Part shown: one piece after another, positions 55,530 through 64,000 of the stretch
Layout: each line of letters opens with the position of its first letter
Position numbering within the stretch: the first letter of the stretch is position 1
From: Chiloscyllium plagiosum
Taxonomy: Eukaryota
Length of the DNA: 64,000 nucleotides
Direction: 5' to 3'
NCBI RefSeq assembly: GCF_004010195.1
Contig: NC_057718.1
Coordinates: 29,475,206 to 29,539,205 of the forward strand
Notes under the pieces: generated by a model
Seen by the model: the letters and a program-made list of their open reading frames with translations, nothing else
Told to the model about the DNA's origin: nothing
Databases searched by the model: none
Made by a program: the position numbers and the translations under genes

Positions 55530-57112
55530 TACATTACATAGAACATTACAGCGCAGTACAGGCCCTTCGGCCCTCGAAGTTGCGCCGCCCTGTCATACTA
55601 ATCTGAAGCCCATCGATCTACACTATCCCATTTACATCCATATGCCTGTCCAATGAAGACTTAAATGCACTTAAACATGGCGAATCTACTACCATTGCAG
55701 GCAAAGCATTCCATACCCTTACTACTCTGAGTAAGGAAACTACCTCTGACATCTGTCTTATTCCTACCTCCCCTCACTTTAAAGCTGTGTCCCCTCGTGT
55801 TTGCCTTCCCCATGCTTGGAAAAAGGCTCTCCCTGTCCACCCTATCTAACCCTCTGATTATCTTGTACGTCTCTATTAAGTCACCTCTCAACCTTCTTCC
55901 CTCTAATGAGAACAGCCTCAAGGCCTTCAGCCTTTCCACGTAAGACATTCCCTCCATAACAGGCAACATCCTAATAAATCTCCTCTGCACCCTCGCCAAA
56001 GCTTCAACATCCTTCTTATAATGCGGTGACCAGAACTGTACACAATACTCCAAGTGTGGCCACACCAGAGCTTTGTACAGCTGCAGCATAACCTCCTGGT
56101 TCTGGAACTCAATCCCTCTATTAATAAAGGCCAAAGCACTCTATGCCTTATTAACAACCCTGTCCATCTGGGTGGCAACTTTCAGGGATCTGTGCACATG
56201 GGCACAGAGATCCCTCTGCTCATCCACACTCCCTAGAATCCTACCATTAGCCCAGTACTCCGCATTCCGATTACTCCGTCCAAAGTGTATCACCTCACAC
56301 TTGTCCACATTAAACTCCATTTGCCACCTCTCAGCCCAGTTCTGCATCCTATCTATGTCTCTGCAGCCTACTACATCCTTCCTCACTATCCACAACTCCA
56401 CCTACCTTAGTATCGTCCGCAAATTTGCTAACCCACCCTTCTATGCCCTCATCCAGGTCATTTATAAAAATGACGAACAGCAGTGGACCTAACACTGACC
56501 CTTGTGGTACGCCGCTAGTAACTGGACACCAAGATGAACATGTTCCATCAACTACAACTCTGTTTTCTTTCAGTAAGCCAATTACTTATCCAAACTGCTA
56601 TGTCTCCCACAATCCCATTCCTCCGCATTTTGTATAATAGCCTACTGTGGGGATCCTTATCGAACACCTTGCTGAAATCCATATACACCACATCAACTGA
56701 TTTACTCTCATCTACCCGTTTGGTCACTTTGTCAAAAAAGTCAATAAGATTCGTTAGGCACAACCTACCCTTCACAAAATCGTGTTGACTGTCCCTGGTC
56801 AGATTATTCTTTACTAGATGGCTACAAATCCTATCTTTTATAACCTTTTCCAACACTTTACCAACAACTGAAGTGAGACTCACTGGTCTGTAATTACCAG
56901 GGTTGTCTCTACTACCCTTTTTGAACAGGGGAACCACATTTGCTATCCTCCAGTCCTCAGGCACTATTCCTGCAGACAATGATGATTTGAAGATCAATGC
57001 CAAAGGCTCGGCAATCTCTTTCCTTGCTTCCAAGAGGATCCTAGGATAGATCCCACCTGGCCCAGGGGACTTGTCTATCTTCACATTCTGTAATAATTTC
57101 AATACCTCTTCA
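55530..57112 (-). mobile_element. Relatively young CR1 LINE, 5'-truncated (1.6 kb)
   Basis: KSPGPGGIYPRIL, PEDWRIANVVPLFKKG, NYRPVSLTSVVGK, YMDFSKVFDK, WQMEFNVDKCEVIHFG, HLEYCVQFWSP; few frameshifts. Confidence 0.97.
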
Positions 57113-57943
57113 ATTCCAATACCTCTCCAAAACCTCTACATTGTACTTCAACAGTAAGTTAAAAAAGATTGATTAGAATGATATCTTAATTCACTAAGTC
57201 GTGACAGTCAATACAAGGATAAGGAATATAGAATTATGAAAACACAGGGAGGAATGAGAAAAATTCCATCAAAATCTGGGAGAAGTTATTTGATCATTAC
57301 CGATGCAGTCTCCCGTGAAGTATGTGCTGTTGAGTAAACCATCTTAAGGCACAAAATAAACTTGACACAAAGTGTGATAAATATTTTTGGCAAGAAAAGT
57401 GGATTTGCACCCTACCTGGTCAGTAACTAGTTATGGCCCCTTAACAATAACCAATACAAACAAGGAGCAGGGGGTTGGCCATTCAGTCTATCAAGCCCTC
57501 TTCGTCGTTCAATAAGGTCATGGCTCTAAATTTAAATTCGTATTCCTGCTCTCCCAAACTGGCAGGGAATTGAACTGGTAAAAGTAGAAGAGCTGCAAGG
57601 GAGACTAGAAGACAGAAGAAACAAAGGCGAGCATCTTGTGTGCCACAAACGTAGGATGATGCCATGAAGACAAAGTTAAGGGCAAACCATCTGAACATGT
57701 GTGACATTCACAACAAGATAAATAATCTAAAAGCACAAATGAAAGTATATGATTATAATTGCCATGAAAGAAGCACGGCTGTACAGTGACCAAGACTGTG
57801 AACAGAATATTCAAGGATATTTGATGCTGAGGAAGGACAGACAAGAAGGAAAAGGAGGTGGAGTTGCATGGATAATGTGAGATGGGATGGAAATGTGTTG
57901 CTGGAAAAGCGCAGCAGGTCAGGCAGCATCTAGGGAACAGGAG

Positions 57944-57980
57944 AATCGACGTTTCGGCCATTAGCCCTTCTTCAGGAATG
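57944..57980 (-). ncRNA. Minimal hammerhead motif in the inverted arm, sense to the LRPPRC pre-mRNA
   Basis: Reverse complement CUGAAGA-A-GGGC-UAAU-GGCC-GAAAC-GUC; one stem II mismatch. Confidence 0.6.
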
Positions 57981-58761
57981 AGGAAAGTTGGTCCAGCAGG
58001 CTAAGATAAAAGATAGGGAGGAGGGGTGTCGGAAATGTGATAGGTGGAAAGAGGTCAAGGTGAGGGTGATAGGTCAGACTGGGGTGGGGGCAGAGAGGTC
58101 GGGAAGAAGATTGCAGGTTAGGAAGGCGGTGCTGAATTTGATGGATTTGACTGAGACAGGCTGGGGGGAGGGGAAATGAGGAAACTGGTGAAATCCGAGT
58201 TCATCCCTTGTGGTTGGAGGGTTCCTAGCCGGAAGATGAGGCGTTCTTCCTCCAACCGTCGTTTTGTTGTGGTCTGACGATGGAGGAGTCCAAAGACCTG
58301 TATATTCTTGGTGGAGTGGGAGGGGGAATTGAAATGTTGTGCTACAGGGTGGTTGGGTTGGTTGGTCCGGGTGTCCCAGAGGTGTTCTCTGAAACGCTCC
58401 GCAAGTAGGCGGCCTGTCTCCCTAATATAGAGGAGGCCACATTGGGTGCAAAGGATGCAATAGATGATAACCCTCCAACCACAAGGGATGTCATCTTCCG
58501 GCTAGGAACCCTCCAACCACAAGGGATGAACTCGGATTTCACTAGTTTCCTCATTTCCCCTCCCCCCCCCTTGTCTCCGTCAAATCCATCGAATTCAGCA
58601 CCGCCTTCCTAACCTGCAATCTTCTTCCCGACCTCTCCGCCCCCCCCCCAGTCTGACCTATCACCCTCACCTTGTCCTCTTTCCACCTATCACATTTCCG
58701 ACGCCCCTCCCCCAAGTCCCTCCTCCCTATCTTTTATCTTAGCCTGCTGGACCAACTTTCC

Positions 58762-58800
58762 TCATTCCTGAAGAAGGGCTAATGCCCGAAACGTCGATTC
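58762..58800 (+). ncRNA. Minimal hammerhead ribozyme motif in the PLE terminal repeat
   Basis: CUGAAGA-A-GGGC-UAAU-GCCC-GAAAC-GUC: core boxes, 4-bp stem II, loopless palindromic stem III; stem I weak. Confidence 0.7.
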
Positions 58801-59217
58801 TCCTGTTCCCTAGATGCTGCCTGACCTGCTGCGCTTTTCCAGCAACACATTTCCATCTCTGATCTCCAGCATCTGCAGACCTCACTTTCTCCTAATGTGA
58901 GATGGGACCAGTACCTTTTTAAGGGAGAATTGCAGATCATGTGAACAACTTGTGGTAACTGTTTGGATAGTACCATGAAATTACGAGGGGCAACAGTGGT
59001 TCATTGAAGTTATTTATATACCAAATAATGGTGGTCGTGTGGGTCTTGGGATAAATTCAAGAAATGAGAGAATCTTGTACCATATACACACAGTACCATG
59101 GATGACTTCAATCTGCAGAGAAACTGGGTGAACCAAATGCATGTTAAAGCTGTAGAAACGAGCTTCTGGAAAATATTAAGAATGGGTTCCAAGAACAGCA
59201 TGTTAAAGAGTCAGCAA

Positions 59218-59268
59218 AGTGCGGAGCTGGACTCTGACTCTCCAGCATCCGCAGTCCTCACGATCTCT
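59218..59268 (+). mobile_element. 51-bp PLE terminal remnant with ~22-bp degenerate TSD
   Basis: ctctgactctccagcatccgcagtcctcac matches the PLE 3' terminus; flanked by cagcatgttaaagagtcagcaa and cagcatattgaagagtcaacaa (19/22 identical). Confidence 0.7.
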
Positions 59269-59874
59269 CAGCATATTGAAGAGTCAACAACAGGTCAGGC
59301 TGTTTTGGATGTAGAATTATGTAATGAAAATAGGCTAGTTACTGATCTTACTGCAATACAGTCTTCAAGGATGAAAGACTACAATGATGGAATTTTACAT
59401 CAAACCTGAAAGTGAGGTAGTTCAATCTGAAGCAGAGTTAAATTTTAATTAGGAAAATTTTGTTAACATGAGGCACAAGTGAAATTATATTAAATGGCAT
59501 GAGTGTATGTAGGCAGTGGACAGTCTTTAAAGAACTTTTACATGGCTGACAGCAAATAGACATTCATTCAAGGTACCAACTCAAAAAAGGTAAGTCAGAT
59601 GTGCTGGCCAAAATAGTTAACAACTGGATAAAATTTAAAAAGGCTGATAATGTGATTTCAACTCCCTTTGTTTTGTGGGGATATTATAACACTGGGTGGA
59701 GAAGTTCATTGTAACTCTCTTTAGTTCGACTACTTCACTGACCACAACATAAATTTAAATGCTATATCCAGTTACTGATTTAGCCAGAGATATCTTCTCT
59801 ATATTAGGTTTATACTAAAGACAATCAAGATGCTTTAATTAAGATCAAAATTATTGATTAGAAACAGGAGACTT

Positions 59875-60370
59875 AGAGTCATAGAGATTTACAGCATGGA
59901 AACAGACCCTTTGGTACAACTTGTTCCAAATATCCCAATCTAATCTAGTCCCAGTTGCAAGCACTATGCCCATATCTTTCTAAACACTTCTTACTCATAT
60001 ACTCATCCAGGTGCCTTTTAAATGTTGGAATTGTACCAGCCTCCACCACTTGCTCTGGCAGCTTATTCCCTTGGTGCCTCTTGGGTTCCTTTTATATCTT
60101 TCCCCTCTCACCCTAAACCTATGCCCTCTAGTTCTGGACTTCCTCCCCCCAGGGAAACAACCTTGTCTATTTATCCTATCCATGCCAGTCATGATTTTAT
60201 AAGGTCACCCCTCAGTCTCTGACGGTCCAGGGAAAACAGCCCCAGCCTATTCAGTCTCTCCCTATAGCTCAAGTCATCCCAGCGCTGGCAACAACCTTGT
60301 AAATCTTTTCTGAACCCTTTCAAGTTTCACAACATCCTTCCAATAGGAAGGAGATCAGAATTGCACGCTG
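59875..60370 (-). mobile_element. CR1 3' fragment, subfamily of 5778-7060 and 41946-42462
   Basis: MTGMDRINRQGCFPG..SRTRGHRFRVRGERYKR; internal deletions. Confidence 0.92.
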
Positions 60371-60459
60371 TTTGAAATATACATTATCTACCCTTCCAAA
60401 GTACCACAAAACAATCACATGCACAAACACAAAAATTCTGGTCATTTTCTTTTCTCTCT

Positions 60460-60856
60460 TTAAAAGCCTTTTTCAGCATCTATGGCAGGGAGTGTACAGG
60501 CCCAGTCTTCTGAGCATGTGTGGCGGCAGCAGCAGCAATTGAGATGGCTCGTTTTAGCGATCGGTGGCATCAGCAAAGGCCAGTGTGGAGCATGTCCCAA
60601 GAGGAGGCTGACAGAAATTCCAGACCACGGCCATGCCCAGGAAGACAAGATTTCAAAATCTTGACTTTTTGATTTTCATTTGGATAAGGGCTTGAAGATT
60701 TGAAGATTTTTCGTTGGGCTCTATTTCTTTTACTTCTCTTGTTATTTTAAATTCTGGTTTTGTATTTTCTATTTTAAGATGACAGTGGAGAAGAGAGACT
60801 TGGTACACCTTTCACTGTATGCCTGTACTTGAGTACACATGACAATAAAATCTAAC
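60460..60856 (+). repeat. Unclassified retroposon-like 3' fragment
   Basis: GC-rich body, T-rich stretch and terminal ctttcactgta...gtacacatgacaataaaatctaa, typical of non-LTR 3' UTRs. Confidence 0.45.
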
Positions 60857-61399
60857 TCCAATTCCATACTAAGTGGAAAAAAAAAGTTGCTCCGTCTGCA
60901 GAGATTCACCTTTGGAAAAAGAAATGGACAGTAATGGTTAGTTCTTGAAGGCAGAAAGGTATGGAATGTTCAGGAGACTATCAATCTGCTGTTCTGGCAC
61001 GTGTAAATGTTCTAGCATTGCCAAGCATACACATTTGTCTCTGGGATCTCTGAAAACATCGCTTTCTTAGGAAACACAGTAGTGAAAATTCTTCCAGATA
61101 TTTTAAGGGGACAATCGGGTTTCATTGTGGACTGACAACAAGATTTTTTCAGAAACCAAACTCCTAAACATTTTAACCTTCAACAGGCTGTTTACCAACC
61201 ACTCCAAATAATATTTAAGTCGACACTGAAAGCTTACAGTGACAAATCCAGACAAGTAGTTTCCAGTAACAAACATTTGTCAAGACATGCGACTACCAAC
61301 TAATGCATTGTTAAAAACATGTTTCAAAATTTTATTGACCTTAAAAAAAAGAATTCCCAGATTCTCATAGTACTTTAACTCAGAACCACAAAAAGCAGG

Positions 61400-62030
61400 A
61401 AATATAAAGTCATCACAGGGATATAGATTAAGTGAGTAGGCAAGGATCTGATCAGTGGAATATATGTCAGAAAACCTGAGGTTGTCCAGTTTGGCAGGAA
61501 AAATCGAAAAACTATCAGGGTACAGCTTAGAGATACAAAAGGTGCCGTGTTAGAATGCAGGTTCAGCAATAATGTGTGGACTTGTTAGACTGAGGGGCCT
61601 GTTTCCACACTGTAGGGATTCCTATCTCAAAAATTAATTAATTAATTAATTAATTAATTGAGAAAAGCAATTGAAATACTATCATTTATTGCAATGAGAG
61701 TTGAATACAAAGGTAGGGAGGCTATGTTTCAGTTGAACTGAGCACTGGTAAGACCACGTCTGGAGTACCATACACAGTATTGGTCACCTTGGTTCAAGAA
61801 AAATATAATGTTTTGGAATCAATTCAGAGATGATTTACCAGACTAAAACCTGAAATGGGCAAGTTGCTCAATCAATCAGAAAGGGCTGACCAGGTTTGGC
61901 TTGCATATACCAGAGTTTAATAGACTAAGAGATGACTTGATTGAAACGTATCCTAAGAGATCTTAACACAGGAGATCAGGAGAGACGTTTTTCTCTTGCA
62001 GGATTATCTGAAACTAAGGATCAATATTTT
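61400..62030 (+). mobile_element. Old CR1 fragment interrupted by an HE1 tail and a (TTAA)n tract
   Basis: ctggtaagaccacgtctggagtacc (LVRPRLEY); HE1 3' tail at about 61575-61627. Confidence 0.7.
61631..61659. repeat. (TTAA)n self-complementary microsatellite
   Basis: aattaattaattaattaattaattaatt, about 7 units. Confidence 0.9.
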
Positions 62031-62551
62031 AAAAGTGTCCTCTATTTATCTTAAAATTCTAAACCTTCACCGAAGATCAACTAATTGAAAATTATATATC
62101 TTTCATTAAAACTTGACAGCTATCTTAAAAAGCTACAGCCTGAAATGTCCAGATGAGAATCAGACAAGAGAAATCCACCAGTCAAAACATAACCACTCAT
62201 TAATTATAATTATTATTGAATGATTATGTCCCATATGGGATCAGAATTCTTCTTAAAAATAAAAACTTATTTACAAAACAAATTCAGACAGACATTAGAC
62301 ATAGAAGTTCCTTCGTGAATTGGAATGGGCTTAGGATTCAAGATTAGATTTCAAATTAATGCTGTTTAAATGTTAAAATACTTCTGCGAAACTGTCCTTC
62401 ACATTTCGGATCAGAACACCTTCTGCATGATCATGCTGAAGTTCTCTTAGCTAACTTACATTACTCATTTAGCTTATTCATGAATCATACAACAAACATT
62501 TTGTCTTATTGAAAATAATCAGCAAACGAGAAAGTTTCAAATATCACCAAC

Positions 62552-62659
62552 CTTGTGTGTTTTTTCCTTTCTGATGCTGGGCGAGCAGAGGCCAAAAATA
62601 ATGGGGCCGAACAGATAAACCTTTCTTCTGCATGATCTTCATGAGCTCAATTGACATTT
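62552..62659 (-). CDS. LRPPRC: LRPPRC internal exon (about human exon 11), 108 nt
   Basis: Translates EMSIELMKIMQKKGLSVRPHYFWPLLAQHQKGKNTQG, matching the recalled human ...EGFPIRPHYFWPLLV...; tttctag acceptor, GTTGGT donor; phase 1-1. Confidence 0.95.
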
Positions 62660-62786
62660 CTAGAAATATTTTTTTAAAATTTTATCATCAGAAATACTGA
62701 ACAGAAAGATACGAGAATAGCAAAAAGTTGTCCGATTCCCATGATATTTGACAACAAAATACAAACTAAACTCCAAGTGTTTTCAT

Positions 62787-63315
62787 ATGCATACAGTTCT
62801 GATTGGTCTTCTACAGGATGTTGTTAAACTTGAGAGTGTGCAGCAAAGATTTACAAGCATGTTGCCAGGACTGGAGTGTTTGAGCGATAGGGAGATACTG
62901 ATTAGGCTGGGGCTTTTGTCCCCAGAGCAAAGGCTGAGGGTGACCTTATAGAAGCTTATAAAATCATAACAGGTACAGATATGGTGAACATCCAAGGTCT
63001 TTTTCCCTCGGGTGGGTGAGTGGTGGGAGTCCCAAGACGAGAGAGTAAAGGTTCAAGGCAAGGGAAAAGATTTGAAAAGGAGCTGAGGGGTAACTTTTTC
63101 ATGCAGAGGGTGGTACACATATGGAACAAGCTGCCAGAGAAAGTGGAAGAGACACATACAATAACATTTAAAAGGCATCTGAATGGGTACATGAATAGGA
63201 AGGGCTTAGAGGGACATGGGTCAAATGCTGTCAAATTGGGCTAAGTTCAATTGGAATGTCCAGTCATCATGGACGAGTTGGACTGAAGGGTTTGTTTCCA
63301 TGCTGTGAGACTCTT
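62787..63315 (+). mobile_element. CR1 3' fragment
   Basis: DVVKLESVQQRFTSMLPGLECLS; GNFFMQRVVHIWNKLPEKV. Confidence 0.9.
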
Positions 63316-63559
63316 AAAGTGCGACATGTAATTAATTTTCTTTTTATTAATTACAATTTTATTTGTACAGTTATGAACAAGTGACATGTATAAAATATTA
63401 TTTTATTTGATGCAGTGTTTTTTGTACTTGTCATCTCTAATTCACAAAAAAATGCTGAAAATTATCTTCTGAAATGACTTTGAAAATACGAATTCTACAA
63501 ACAAAATATTTTTTGCCCCTTCCATGAGTTTAGGATGTGAGTTATATTTTAAAATTCAC

Positions 63560-64000
63560 TCATGGGAATCGTTGGCTGGGCCGGTTTTTCTTGCCCAAAC
63601 CTAGTTGTCCTTGAGAGGGTGCTAGTAAGCTGCCTTCTTAATCACGACAGCCCATTTGTTGTAGATTAGACCAATGATGCCATTAGAGAAGGAATTGAGG
63701 GATTTTGTTCCACCAAAACTGAAGAAATGATAATAAATTTCCAAGTCAAGATGGCTCAGAGGTACATTTGCAGGTGGTGGTGTTCCCACATATCTGCTGC
63801 CCTTGATCTTCAAGATTGCAGAGGAAACAGGTTTGGAAGGTGTAGTGGACTGAGTTTTGGCAAATTTCTGCAATGCATCTTGTGAATAGTACACACTGCT
63901 GCTCCTGAGCATTGATGGTAGAGTGACTGAATAGTTATGGATGCAATGCAAATCAAGCGGGCTGTTTTGTCTTGGATGGTGTTAAGCTTCTCAAGTCTTG
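63560..64000 (-). mobile_element. CR1-group (L2/Crack-like) LINE 3' end, runs off the window
   Basis: Reverse complement RLEKLNTIQDKTARLI and 3' UTR shared with 34755-35285. Confidence 0.75.

Larger units (their letters stand above)
57888..58892. mobile_element. Fold-back Penelope-like element with GIY-YIG remnant and 15-bp TSD
   Basis: Inverted arms 57886-58239 and 58491-58857; minus-strand IIYCILCTQCGLLYIRETGRLLAERFREH...LEEERLIFRLGTLQPQGMN; TAATGTGAGATGGGA at 57873-57887 and 58893-58907. Confidence 0.93.
57600..59650 (+). mobile_element. Old CR1 ORF2 endonuclease region hosting two PLE insertions
   Basis: NIQGYLMLRKDRQEGKGGGVAW before the PLE; MDDFNL (GDFN) and AVLDVELCNE after it. Confidence 0.7.

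Overview
Vertebrate, AT-rich, repeat-laden genomic DNA, most likely from a shark (HE1-type SINEs, shark-type CR1 LINEs and Penelope-like elements). The whole window lies inside one minus-strand gene, LRPPRC (mitochondrial leucine-rich PPR protein). I resolved 17 consecutive internal coding exons with GT-AG boundaries. They total 1650 nt (550 codons), keep one reading frame, and correspond to about human exons 11-27; both gene ends lie outside the window. The introns hold many CR1 fragments (some nested), plus RTE, L2 and Gypsy remnants, tRNA-derived SINEs and several Penelope-like elements (PLEs). The most notable structure is a ~1 kb fold-back PLE at 57.9-58.9 kb. It has a 15-bp target-site duplication, a GIY-YIG endonuclease remnant and a minimal hammerhead-ribozyme motif in each arm, and two miniature elements repeat its architecture. 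I found no prokaryote-type system and no new protein-coding gene. Comparisons to human LRPPRC and to repeat families come from memory, and repeat boundaries are approximate.
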